Shown here in pieces: positions 12,724-25,320 of a stretch of 64,000 bases of DNA (position 1 is the first letter of the stretch; every line of letters begins with the position of its first letter). The translations under genes and the position numbers were made by a program. Source of the DNA: Podarcis tiliguerta (taxonomy: Eukaryota); assembly GCA_965153285.1 (NCBI GenBank), contig OZ229110.1; one strand, 5' to 3'. The notes below the pieces were generated by a model. The model was not told the DNA's origin and did not search any database. It saw nothing but the letters and a program-made list of their open reading frames with translations.

Positions 12724-15044
12724 GTAAACATTTGATGCTCTTTATCCAGGCGTCGGGGGGAGTTGCCGGATTCCTCCTGAAACAATTGCCGCTGCGTTTG
12801 TTTCTCCCCTTCTCTGCCTCGTCTAGATTTCTTCCTTCCTTTCTTTCCCGTTCTTTCTCTCCCTCTGACCTCCTCGTTTCCATTACCAAGCCCAGGATTT
12901 ATTTATATATTTTTTTAAAACTCTTATTTCCGCCCCCCTCCCATCTCTCTCAGCCTTGTGCGGAGTGTTAATTACAAGCGGCATAAAAAGGGGGTCACGC
13001 TGGCTCGTGACCAACCGCCAGGTTCGACGGGGCGCGCACAGAAAGCGCAGTGCCAACAGGTGGGAGGAAGAAAGAGGGCGCGGGGCAGAGAGTTGGGCTT
13101 TGGCGTGGCTAGGCAGACGCGAGGCTTGGAGCAGCCCTGATCTCTCCCCGCTTGGGCAACCGAGGCGCCTTGTATGGAAACACCGGCTCATGTGCTCGCT
13201 GCCACCGGTTTGGGGATGTGTGGGGAGAGGCATGGGGTGGGTGCGCGGGGGGGGGGGGTTGAGAGAGGAGGAAGAAGTTGGTCCTTGACCTCGCCCACGG
13301 CCTGCAGCCCTCGCTAGGGCGCTCCCGAAGTTCAGGCAAGGGAACGAAAGAATGCGGCTCGCATACTTGGGTAGCATTTCCAATCCCCAGACCGTGTGAT
13401 TTGAGCTTTCCTTGGGAAGACCTAATAATTAACGATTTCCACTGAGGTAGAACGAAAAGGGGCTTCGGATTACGCACGCCCGGCTCGCCTTGAGCTTCTG
13501 GGCACTTCAGAAGGGACTCTGCAGCGCAGAGACGTCGGGGGCGTTTGGCGCAGACAGATCCACGGGTCCGGTGGATCTTTCGGGGTTTTGCGGAGTTTGG
13601 GGCTGGTTTTTTGTTTTTTCCTTCCCCCAGTCTGACCTCGAGTCCTGCTCCACTCTCCGGTCAGTTCACTCACGTGCCTGGTAGCCACTTGCCAACCGGG
13701 GTCTGTTTGTGAACCGGCGCAAATCCACACCCCTCTCTCCCCGTCCTGCATGGCTCTGCTCGCGGCGACGTCTGCGCTTAGGCGAGCCGGGAGGGGCTGT
13801 CCGTTGGGGCACCCACCAACTCTGGGGCGTCCCCACGTTTCCAGCAAGGTAATGTCTCGGCTAGATCATTGTTCGCAGACTGAAGCTGTACCGAGGGAAG
13901 AGTGAGCGGGAGGGGGTAAAGAATCCTTTACTAAGGCAACCTGCGAAGCGCGCTTTTTCGCGCCCGATCCACAAACCACTTCAGCCGAAATCGATACGCC
14001 TTCCGTTGGAGTTAAAACTGACGTTCCTTTCTAAGCACAGGTAAATCGGCCCAGTAAGACTTACTCCAGAGTAAAGGAGCTTTGGGGCCTTAGCCGGAAA
14101 CGTCGGTGTTTTCAAGGCAGTCCCCTTAGAAATCCATAGGATTTGTTTCCAGGTGATGTGTTTAATGCTAGGCTGTATGTAAAAGTATACTGCTGAGTAT
14201 TCCTGGTCTGCGTAAAATGCAGTCGGTGTATTATAAGGGGTGGAGAGAGAAGAGATTGCTGTTTTTCTGTTGCGCCTGTCATCTGTTGCCGTCAGGTTAA
14301 CTGTCTCTAAAACTTTCTGCTTTGGGAACTGCTTCCTGGATCCGCGCGTTTAACTTCCTTTGAGGTTGCGGCGTGGTGATGGTTTTCTTTTCCATTAGGT
14401 TGCTCGAACGTCTGAAAAGGTGTGCGGAAATGCCCTGGTTGGTGCCTGGTGGAGCCTCTCGTTGTGTTTTTGTTTTTGCTTAACTCTGGATGGTTGGTTT
14501 GTTAGTGGAAGGGAAAGCAAGGGGAATTGTACGGTGCATTTAAGTTCAGAAACGCAACTTCGGCCGCACAATCGAAACTCCAATCTTAGGCACCCATTGT
14601 TTGTAGGGGAAAGTTCTGTTTCAACCGATTGGACTTACTCGTGAGTAAACAGAGCTTGAGTTGCGCCGGGAGAAGTCCGCACCGCACTTTCTGAGAAGTA
14701 AAACTCGGTATCCTGCGCGCACGGTTGCTTGGGAGTAAATTCAAGCAGCTGGAAATAGGAGGGCGCTTAGGATTGCAGCCCAAGGCAGGTAAATTGTGTT
14801 TTAGATTCTTCCTTCTCCTGCTCCTTCTTTGTACTTAATTAGAAAAAAGGGATTAGTAGGATAATGGCTCTCCCCTCCCTCCCTCCCTCTCTCTTTCTCT
14901 CTCTTTTCCATTCACTCTCCTGGATCAAGCTGTAAGACTTCGCCTTCCCAGCCCCTCAGCTCCTACACCAAATCCCTTAAGGTGCTTTGGCACCAAAAAA
15001 AAAAAAAAGGGGGGGGAGTCCACTTTAATCTCCACCGGTAAATG

Positions 15045-15310
15045 GACATTCTGGGTGAGTAATAAATCAGACACCCAGCCTCGCAGGTCCTCCTCCCTAA
15101 TTAGAGATGTTTATTGGAGATTGTGTTTATCCAGCTGTCACGACGAGAAAAAGCTGTGACATAATTACCTCTGACCACATAGTCTTTTATACGCATATCT
15201 CGTTGACATCCAGCACCATCGGTTCGCATTAAAAATGACAAGATCAAAATGTTGATTTTCGCAGACGGGATAATATTTCTCCACCTTTACCTTAATTGAA
15301 ATTCAGCTCG
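15045..15310. promoter_or_regulatory. Putative conserved non-coding element between P0 and P1
   Basis: Complex non-repetitive block with TAATTA, TGTCA, TGACA and CAGCTG sites at a position where PAX6 CNS enhancers are known; identity inferred. Confidence 0.45.
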
Positions 15311-15774
15311 AGGGGAGGGACGGACTTGAGCGTCGGGCCAGTCCATTAAAAAAAAAAAGAACCAACCCACACATTCAACTTTTTCCCTTCAGGATAATTA
15401 AAAAAAAAATTTTAAATCTTTTTAATAAAAAAAAATCTGACTGAGGTAATGTTGAGGAAATTCTTTCCGTCCGTTTTGACTGCAAACCCACTCCAAAGTT
15501 CTTCGTTCGCAAACAGGCACAGGAGGGGGAAAAAGAGAAAAGTGAGGAAAGAAGCATAGTCTAAATTGGCATAGGCTTTTCAGGTGTTGCCTTCCACTCT
15601 CTCTCTCGAATTCCGGTGGTAAATAGAAAGGCAGCGGGGGAGATAGAGAGAAATAATGACACTGGTTTCGCTTTGAGGTGAGCCAGTGCTCCTTTCTAGG
15701 CGCGCAGTGCCGGGTTGGGTCCGGCGTGGGGTTTTCGGAGGCTGCAGTTCTGAGGGTCTCGCTCGCTGCCTTTG

Positions 15775-16065
15775 CTGCAGTTGTTTCTCTGGCAGCGTTT
15801 GTGAAACCATCTGCGTGTTTCTGTTAGGCGGCGATGATAAGCTAAGAATTGCTCTGTAATTTAAAATATATTTTTTGGGGGGGAGTCTGGCTTGACAAAT
15901 ATCAAGGGGGCGAGTCTTTTGATCCTTTCTGCCGCTGTGTTCTCTAGTCGCTAATAAAACTCGCATTGAGCTCCTTAGCGCCTTGATTAACAGGCAGATT
16001 AAGTGTTACTGGGGTTTGGAACAGCTTGTCCCAATCAATAGTGTTTAAAAAGCCCGTCAGGATGC
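15775..16065. promoter_or_regulatory. Second putative conserved element between P0 and P1
   Basis: Homeodomain-site-rich block (GATTAA x2, TAATTT, CCAATCAAT); conservation inferred, not shown. Confidence 0.35.
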
Positions 16066-19000
16066 GCTTTGCTGGCGAGTCCCCGCTCCCTTTCCACTTT
16101 TTTTTTTTGAGGGGGGGAGACTTTTCCAGCAAATCCCTTCGAAAAATCTACCAGACCAAGATAAATATCAAACCTTTCCTGGATGAAGGAGGGGGGAAAA
16201 CATGGATGTTGTCTTTTCTTTCAGAGTCCATAAATTGAGTCCTTTTCTTGTCCCCTCCCCTTCGCCTTTATTTTTTTTTTAATCCTTCCACACAAAAGGT
16301 TGCGCCTTCTTGCAAAACGCCCGACGTAAAAGAGGTTAAATCGATTCCAAACTTTTTGCAGATTGCTCCTAAACTCGCCAAAGCTCCATTTAACTCAATG
16401 TCCGGCGCATTAGAGGTTTCAAGCGCTCTTTCTCCATATCCGACTCGGCATTCGGTGTCCGGGAGGCAAACGCATTGTAGTCTAACACGTCAGGGTTTGT
16501 GTATCTCTTCAGTGGGAGACTGAAGTGGACAAGAGGACTTTAAGCATTTTTCTGGGTATTAAAAAAAGGAGGTTCGCGAGCCAGATATTAATACAACAAG
16601 ACGATCCAGGAGCACTGAACTGAGCGACTCCTGTTCCTAAGGAAGCGGAGAAGGGGAGAATTTTTTTATTATTATTTGTCCCTGACAAATAAATACCTAC
16701 TTCTGCAATCAATGGCAGTATCGGGAGAATGAATCTAATTTAGTCACATTTCCTTGATATGTTTGCTTTCTGCGAGAAAGTAGTAGAGATGTTTGCTGTT
16801 TCTTTTAAGGGGGTGTAAGATTTTTTTGGGGGGGTTAAATTGCAAAAGATTATAATTTTTCAGTTGTAATTCTCTCATCTTATTATTAACTTTCCCAGTG
16901 ATTTTGAATCCACTTACTGAACACCTGTGCCCTTCACAGACACACACACACACAATTCAAGGCAAAGATAAGTTTAATCCGAAGGCAGAGTGACTGATGC
17001 ACCTGACATTGGTACATAAGGCGAGGGAGAATTAATCATATTCTCCCAATTCCACACACACACACACACCCCAAAAAAGAAAAAGAAAAGATATAAACCG
17101 GAATCCCTAGAGTTATTTCCCACCGCAGGAGTATTCCTAACTGCTCGAGACATTTCTGATCAACCCACTCTGAATCCACCAGACGCTCAGAAGAATGAGC
17201 CAGACTCTGTTGTAGTAAAAACAGGAAGTGGCACCTTCGAAATAAAGCCTAACAGACGGACCGCGGCATAAGCTTTGGTGGTGCAGATCCCTCTTCCTCC
17301 GAGGCAGGAAGTGTTATCCTCAGTTAGCACTCAGTTTACAGACAAACACGTCGTGCATCAGACTCCGTTGGCTCCCCTCCACACAGAGCTTATGCCACAA
17401 TAAATCTGTTTGGCTTTCAGGTGCCACAAGACTCTTCGTTGCTGTTGCTGCCCGTCTGGTGTTCGTTCTTGCCAAATTAGAAAAGGCGCAAGCTGCCATC
17501 CTAGGTGCGCGCCTTTGGGGAGTAAATAAGCTTCCCCCCGCCCCATCCATCCACAATGACATTCCCGAATCTACGTGGAGTGCACGTGTCTACTTAGAAA
17601 TCCACTTGGGATCCGGACCCTTGCTTCTCAAGTCCTCTGGTTGCGGCGGTCCCTCCAGGTCTGGTGGGCAAGGTGCTAAGGTGCCAACCTGGTGAGCATC
17701 AACTGCATTTGATTCTCCGTTCAGCGCTTATTTTCCCTCCTGTGGTCAAGAGAAATCCCTGGAGGAAAGGGCCATTTCTTTTCCCCGCAGCCAATCTACC
17801 CTGGCGCGCTCATTCCTCATTTCCACTTCACACGCAAAACTGGTGGGGGGGTAATCATCCCTTACCCCGCAAGAAGGACGCTTGAGTTTGCCACCCCACT
17901 CGCGACCATTTCCACGGCCTCATCCCTCCTTGCTCCATCGTGTGCCTGCCACTTTAAGCAAGTTAATTCTCAAGTTCAAAGCTGCTGACAAAAGACTAAA
18001 AAAAAAAGTAACAGGGCAGAGGAGTTTGGGGTTTCTCGTGTTTTATTCTGTTTTTGTTTTGTTTACACCTGCTTATATATACCTGGGGGAATCCAGGACG
18101 TGCTTTTTTAAAAAAACAAAACAAACAAACTTGTGTTGTTGTTTAAAAACAAAACAAAACAGAGCAACCCAGAGTTAAAATGGCGCCCTTCGAGTTGTGG
18201 CTCAACTTGGCAAGGACTTTTCCTCCCCCGGTCGTTGGAGAGCAGGTACTATTTCAAAGGCTCCCGGGGTTGTCGCTGGCAGCGCTCGCCCCCAGACGCT
18301 GCTTGCGAGAGCAAGTTGAGCGAAGGCGAAGGGCGAAGGGCGTCCCTCCCTGGCCGACGTGCGCTCTCGCTGCACGTGAGAACCTGCTCCCCTCGCCCGG
18401 ATCTCCCACGCGCGCGTCTTCTTCCATCTCAGTTCTCCCAGCCGGATCCGAAGCGGGCTTCTTCCTTCCACGGCGCTTACTCCTAAACAAGCGCGCCTGG
18501 CCCCATTTCCCCCCTCTGCCCCGCCTCCTTTACTCTACTCCAGGACTCATCCCAAATTGTGTTTTTTCCCCTCGCACAATTTTTACACTTTTCTCCCTCG
18601 CTCTTTAAAACACACACACACTCACACACTCTCACTTCGCCCGGCTCTGTCCCTCCTCCCCTTTTCTCGCCTCTCCACGTCTTCGCAGAAATCCCACTTT
18701 CCTTTCTCACACCCCCATTCTACACGCCTTGTCCTCTTCCTCTCCTCTTTCTCTTTCACACATGCACATTGTCATGCAGGCCCTCCGCTCCGCTCCTGTC
18801 TTCCTCCTCCCTCCCTCCCTCCCTCTCTCTCCTCGGCCCCTCCTTCCCTTTCAACTTTTGCTTTCCTTGCTTCGGAGGCTCCCTCGCCTGCCCTCGGCCT
18901 CCCGTCTCCAACGTCCTGATAAATCAGCAGCAAAGCGAGGCACCCAATCTTTTTCTTCTTCACCTTTTGTGGCACTTTTTTCTCTCTCCTCCCCCCTTCT

Positions 19001-19975
19001 TCCTTTCTTCCCAGACTTGCTTCCTCTCTCCTTCCATTCCCATCTCTGCAATGACGTCAGATTATTCACCGTTTCCCTCCCCTTATTATTTCCTCTCCCC
19101 CCCCCCAGTTAAAAAACAAACAAAACAAAACTAGCGGGAGGGGGTGGAGAGGGAAGGGGCGCAAGGCCCACTGTGCCCTGGGGGAAATAGCAACAAGATT
19201 ACGGCTTCTTTATTCTGAAGGAGCAGCATATAAGGAGGTGCTAATCCAAACGAAGGCTAATTGAATGGTTGTAAAAATGAAATTTGCCTGAAGATCTGGA
19301 CGTGTCCGTCCCCCCTAAAAACAAGCGTCATGAGTTCTTTCTATTTCCCCCACTTTCTACCCTGTTGTTTTGCCCTTTTTTGCCTTTCCACTTGAGGAAA
19401 GTATTAAAAAAATGTTTGTTGGACAAAAAAGAGAGAAAAGATTCGTCTGATTTCCAGAAGACTAGAAGTCACATTAAACAAAACAAAAATCCCCAGGATC
19501 TCAGGGATTATTTTTGTTATTATTCTTATTCTCTTTGCGATTTTTTTTTTTAAGAGGGAGAGATTTTTCAGACAACAGGAAGAAAAGAAAAGAAAAAGCT
19601 TTGCAGAGGTCTAGCTTGAAGGAGCGGGGTCTTTTCAAGACACTTTGCTAAACTATCCCGCAGCGGCAACTCTATGCGGTGAAACCCGCGAGGCAAGCGA
19701 GACATTGGCTTGGTAATCTATGTTTTCTTCCCATTTTGATCTCTCTGCAAAGATCTCCTTTGGCGCACTTTGAAAAAGCCTGCGCCCGCTGAAGTCAACA
19801 GCAAAGTTCCCATGGAGTTGAATGGAGCAGGACTGCCGTGTAAGATTTAGCCATTGATAGCGGGGACTTTGCAGAAATTAGTAGGGTTCCAATGTATGGG
19901 AGACACTTCAAAAATAACAGTAGGCCAAAACGAAAGGATACTAAATTTAAACACAGAACTAAAATTGTCCAAACA

Positions 19976-19977
<2 letters not shown>

Positions 19978-20014
<37 letters not shown>
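19978..20014. repeat. (AC)n microsatellite
   Basis: Seen directly. Confidence 0.95.
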
Positions 20015-20015
<1 letters not shown>

Positions 20016-20859
20016 CCCTACACCTCTATCTGTAGCAGCATCCCAGCTATGAGAATTCTCAAGTTTCCTACCTACCTTTTAAGGGGAATCCTATTAGAAT
20101 GTCCCCGTGTGGTTGGTTTTTTTCACCCCAGCTTTCCATCATAGTTATTCGGCTCCGATTACATTGAAATAAAAAGGATATTTCCAGCAAGCGTGGAGGG
20201 GAGTGCAGCTCGCCTTAGGCCTGAACTATTGTAGCTGGAGGTAAAAGATTTGTCCAACCCACCGGATCTCTTTCCTTCAGCAAACTGAAGTGGCCTGGGT
20301 TATCGATGCGGGCTGCAATGTGGGATAGAGAAACAAATCAAAAATGGGGGGGGGGCAATGCCCGGCTGGGGGAAAATCTGGATCAGCAAAGGAAAGAAGA
20401 AAGGGAGAGGGGGGTGGAGAGAGAGAGAGAGAGAGAGACAGAGAAGTCTTCCTGAGTGGCGTTTGCAGAAGAATGTCTCAACCCTCCCAGCTAGGCTGGG
20501 CAATGCTCTCTGACTCTTTTCCCATTTGCTGCAAAAAAGACACCAAAAACTTTGGAACCGGAGGCCTGAAAAAAAAAGAGGGGAGCGAGGAGAAAGTCCT
20601 GATTTTAAATCCCAGCCTTTCTTTGCTGCAGCCTCCTCTCTTTCCCCTAAAAAAATTAAAATAAATAGAAAGCAAGACCCATAAAAGCGCAGCCCCACAC
20701 ATTAGTGGTAATCAGCATCAAGGCAAATTGGCACAAGAAGGAAGGAAAGAAGGAGTTTGGAAGAAGATGAAGAAGGAGGGAGAGAGGGAGGGGGACACAG
20801 GGAGAGAGAGAGATCCACGCACATCCCAGAGAGGAATCGCCCGGTAGTCTCTTAAGAGC

Positions 20860-21150
20860 CCATTTTGTGCTATTAGGGGCCGCGGTAGCTTCTCTGCAGG
20901 GCTGGAGATGACAGTGCATGACGGCCTGGCAGCCCATTATCCAGCTCCTATTGAGGCGTCCTTTCACTCCCATGCAAACTCCTTGGCAGAGTCGTTTGTC
21001 TCCTCATTGTACTTTATTGAAGAATGCAATGGTTGTCAGGGCCCTCATTCAATCGCCAGCCACTTTATTGATGAGCTCTGACTTTTAGCACTTTTCACAT
21101 GTCAAGAGAAGTCAAGTGTATGCGGGGCTACGACTTCATTTTATGCTTGG
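20860..21150. promoter_or_regulatory. Putative conserved element about 1.7 kb upstream of P1
   Basis: Complex sequence (TGACAG, TGTCA x2, CATTGT, TTTATTGA x2) between low-complexity purine/pyrimidine tracts. Confidence 0.35.
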
Positions 21151-22659
21151 CGCGTTCGTGTCCCACCCACCCCCACCCGAAACCCTTCCCCACTTTTTTT
21201 GCCTCTTGGAATTTCTGGGGCTTTTTGCCTTCTTTCCTCCTCCTCCTCCCCCCCCCCGTCGCCTCCGTGCCCCCTCCCTCCCTCTCTCCTCCTTTCCCCT
21301 TCCCTCTTTGTGCAGAAGTTCATCTCCCCCACCCCTCCCCACTCCCCGCCTCCCAGACCACTCGCCATAAACGATCGGAACACCCTGAGCTCAAACTGGT
21401 GCTGCCAGTGTCACCTTAAATGCAGGCGCGGAGGGGTTGCTTTGGAGTGTACTGAGGTGTGTCTTAATACTCCGCCATTCAACAAATGAACTTGTGGTGG
21501 TGTGTGGTCAGAGAAGCAAAGTCATTTGCTTTCCTTCGGCCCCTGATTTCCCTGGCAGGAGAGAAAGAGAGGGAAGGAGGGAGGGAGGGAAAGAGAGAGA
21601 ATCGCCCAGCGCACATGAGTGAGCTAAATCTGGTGAGAGCAACAAGCAAAACCCCCCTCTCCAACACACACACACACACACGCCGACCCTTGCGGTGGAG
21701 ATATTTTAGCACTCCTCCCTCCTCTCTTTCTCCCCCTCCTTGGAGTGTCTGCTAGAGAGAGGTGGGGGGGGGGGGAGAGAAACACAACAGCACTTAGTCA
21801 ACAAACGGCACGTGGAAGAAGTTTGGGTGTTTGGGAAAGGACTCTTCAGGCCCCTTCACGAAAGTCCTCAATACACAAAGTAAAGTGTGTATTTGCTCTG
21901 CACTTTCCAGGCAGCGGGGAGAGAGAGAGAGAGTTTCCTTTCTCCATCACATTTCGAGGAGAGAGAGGAAAGGGGGGGGGGTGAGGAAAGGAGGGGGGAG
22001 GGGAGGGGGGAAATACCCACACACCCAACTGTGGACTTGGCTACCTCCAGGCGATTCCCAGTTGACAAAGCGCCTGTCTCCCAAATATTTATGTCGTTAC
22101 CATTTGAATGTTATTTTTTCCTTATCTCCATTGTCTGCTGGGAGCGAACTGTTTAAATGCAAATAGTTCGCCCCCTCCCTTTCTGTCTCTCCCATCCCAC
22201 CCCTCAAACACACACACACACACACACGCCCGCCCGCACAAACCTAGATCGCCTTGGAAAGAAAAGGGCAGCCCTCGTTTTTATTTTTCCGAGCGACGTT
22301 ATTTATTTACTCGAGGCCCTATCTCGGAGGAAATGGGGCGAACAGAGGGGATCTCTGAGGTGGGGAAGGAGGCAAAGAGGCAAAAAATAAAAAAGTTCAG
22401 CCGGGAGACATGACTGAACCCTAACCAGGAAAACATTGTCCCCCCCCCAAAAAAACACACACACACACGAAACCTTAGCGGAGGGTGCCTGTCCGCTCAC
22501 CGCGCGTCCCGGAGCCTCGCATTTGAGCCCAGGGATGGTGGAAGAGGAACTCAGGGCAAAGAGGGCTGGAGATGGGGGGGCGGGTGTAGGGGGAGAGAGA
22601 GAGGTCGGTGGAATCTAAGCGAGGAGCTGGAGGGGGGGGGGAGCAGGAGAGAGAGAGAG

Positions 22660-22800
22660 AGAAGCCAGTGCATTCATATTCAAACAAATGGGCCAATTGA
22701 ACCAGGCAGTGCGAGTGAGCGTCCAATCGGCAGCTAGGAGGCAATGGCGTTGCTTTGCATAAAGCAATATTTTGTGTGGGAGCGAGCGGAGCATTTGCAT
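22660..22800 (+). promoter_or_regulatory. PAX6: PAX6 P1 promoter
   Basis: CCAAT boxes 22693-97 and 22723-27, CATAAA 22758-63, AATATTTTGTGTG start region, octamer ATTTGCAT 22793-22800; upstream (GA)n tract. Confidence 0.85.
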
Positions 22801-23006
22801 GCGTGGAGTGATTAGTGGGTTTGAAAAGCGAGCCCTGGCTCAGCCTCATTTCCCGCTCTGGTTCAGGCGCAGGGAGGAAGTGTTTTGCTGGAAGATGATG
22901 ACAGAGGTCAGGCTTTGCTAATGGGCCAGTGGGGAGCAGGGGAGGCGAGGCAGAGACCAGGCGCACACATACATTAATACACTTGAACCATCACCAATCA
23001 GCATAG
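22766..23006 (+). other. PAX6: PAX6 non-coding exon 1 (start approximate)
   Basis: Ends ..CCATCACCAATCAGCATAG/gtgtgc, matching recalled human exon 1. Confidence 0.85.
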
Positions 23007-23128
23007 GTGTGCTCTGTCTCTCCCTCTCTCCCTCCCTCTCTCCCCCCTACTTCGCTCACATCCTCTTTCTTTCTCCCTCTCCAGTCAGTGACAGCCCATT
23101 TTATTGTCAATCTCTGTCTCCTTCCCAG

Positions 23129-23274
23129 GAACTCAAGATCACACAACCAGCAGCTTCAGTGGAGAAAAACTCTTTTACTGGCAACCCTTTTTAAGGCACC
23201 ATCATTTCAAATCAGGGGCGCTTTTTAAAACTATTGACAGGAGCTTTGACAACAAGACAGGATGCCTCAGAAAG
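23129..23274 (+). other. PAX6: PAX6 5'UTR exon 2
   Basis: Acceptor cttcccag/GA; ends GGATGCCTCAGAAAG/gtgagt; internal GTGGAGAAAAACTC and CATTTCAAA blocks resemble human exon 2. Confidence 0.88.
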
Positions 23275-24859
23275 GTGAGTCTGCTCGTTTCTTCTCCTCG
23301 CTTCAGTTCATTTTAATATTTAGACAGGTCTCTCCCTCTCCCCCCCCCCTTCTCTCTCTCCCCCCCTGTTTCGCTCACATACACACCATTTCTTACATTC
23401 CGGGAAAGGATCGAGATGCCAGTCTCAAAGGCTTCCAAACTTTGTCCTTTTCGCTCCAGCCTTCTTTCTCCTCCTCTTCTTTTTCCTCCTCTTCCTCCTT
23501 CACGGACCGACCCCCGCCCCTGTTTTCTGAGAAAGCATCTATCTCTCTCTTTCTCTCTTTGGATAGCAACAGCAGCAGACTCGCCCGGCCTTTCTGCTAG
23601 ACAGAGCCCCACGAAAGGCTTGCTCCGTTTGGCACAGTGCGATAGAGACGGCCAAAGCTGTAGGGATCATCTGAGCGCGCGCACACACACGAGAATGCAT
23701 CGCACCTGGTTCCTATGAGGGGCATTTGTTGTTGCGGTTGTTGTGAAGGAGGCGTTATGGACCACACGGCGTTGCTTGGCCCCTTGCTTTCTTGGGAAGC
23801 TGGGTCCATCCAAGCTCAGTGTCTTTATTCCCCGCTTCTTTTCCTTGGTTGCTTTGTATCTCCGTCAAGCTGAAGCTGTGTGTGCGTATGCGTGTATGTT
23901 GATGAGGGACTTTCGTTTAGGCAACTCTCGCTTCTCCCTTTATTTATGTCTATATATCTCTTTTCCCCCTCAATCTAACCGGCCTTAAGGAAATGGGGAA
24001 GAGAGAGGCACGCGGGCCGGCGGGGGGGGGGGGACACGACGACACACAGAGTCACATTCTAGGCCAAGTCAGGTCTCAGTAGTTGTATCCGGGAAGGTCT
24101 GAGCGGAGCTGAAGGACTGTCACTCTCAATCAAGCAGCCGCGAGATCTCCCCAAACTTGTCCACGACGAGACTGGGAATGAGCAGAACTTTCTAACTTGA
24201 TCACTACCTGGCTCGAAGTACAAACTGTTTAAACAAAAACAGCCACACAAAAAACAACATTTCTCTCTCTGCGCTCTTTGCCACCCCCCCCCCAGCACTT
24301 CACTCAAATCTCCGAGATCGTTTAAGTCTCCTGAGTTTTGCGCTCCAAAGAATCTGCGATCAATAGCTCCCCCACCCCATTCTCCACAAGTTTCTAGGCT
24401 AGAGAATGTTGTCTGCTTCCTTTTCAAGTAGCAAATGGGTTTTTTGTTGCTGTTGTTTTGGTTTGGTTTTGGATTTTCGAAATCTCATTTCCTTGTTGGG
24501 TGGATGTTTTGAAGTTTCGCCCAGACTCACGAAAAATGCAGGGCAACCCCAAAAAAAGTTCACTCCCTGCCTTCTCGCTTCTTCAGAGTTTCCACCTCTA
24601 CCGCCATACATTGAGGCTGAGATTTTACGCACACTTTAATGTGAGAATAAACGTCACTGAAACAAAAAGCATTTCTGAGTGAACTTGCATAGGCAAGGGC
24701 AGCACAAGTGATCGCTTCAGGAGTGCAAGAATAAACTTCTGTCTGTTTTCTTTAACTCTATTTAAACTAATCTAACTAGGGGGAGAGAATAATAAACCGC
24801 TGGCGTCTTCAAATCAGGGGTTTAAAATACGAGGGGAGAAACTCCTGATGCGACCAGGC

Positions 24860-25320
24860 TTACAAATAAACTTTTCAGGCCCAGTCGAGAGCACCGAGCA
24901 GTTCCTTCCAGAAAGTGAAGCCATTCATTATGGCTGGAGGCTGAGCGTCTTTATAGGCCTAAAATAATAATTGTGGTCTTTGGCAATAAATTTTTATAGC
25001 CGGTGACCTTTAGCAAACGTCTCCACGCCAATGGATTAGCGTTTATCTTTTGCTTATTCGGCCCGGGATTGTAAACGTTTGTCATCTTAATAGCTAATTA
25101 TGTTTGCAGCGGAGGGGAGGATCAAATCTCAAAGACGATCAGATTAGATCCAGATTTGGAGATTTAAATAGGAATTTGCAGATTAGGCCTAGCCGGACCC
25201 GGGAGACGTTGCGTTTCGCGTAGGGTTTGTAATCTCACCGGGATATTTGATCGAGGCTGCTCTCTGCCTACCTGCATCTCTTTGTGAATAATTTCATTTT
25301 AAAAATTCAGTAAAAAGGAG
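24860..25320. promoter_or_regulatory. Putative intron-2 conserved element
   Basis: Dense TAAT/ATTA, GGATTA, GTAAAC and TGTCA sites in unique sequence. Confidence 0.4.
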
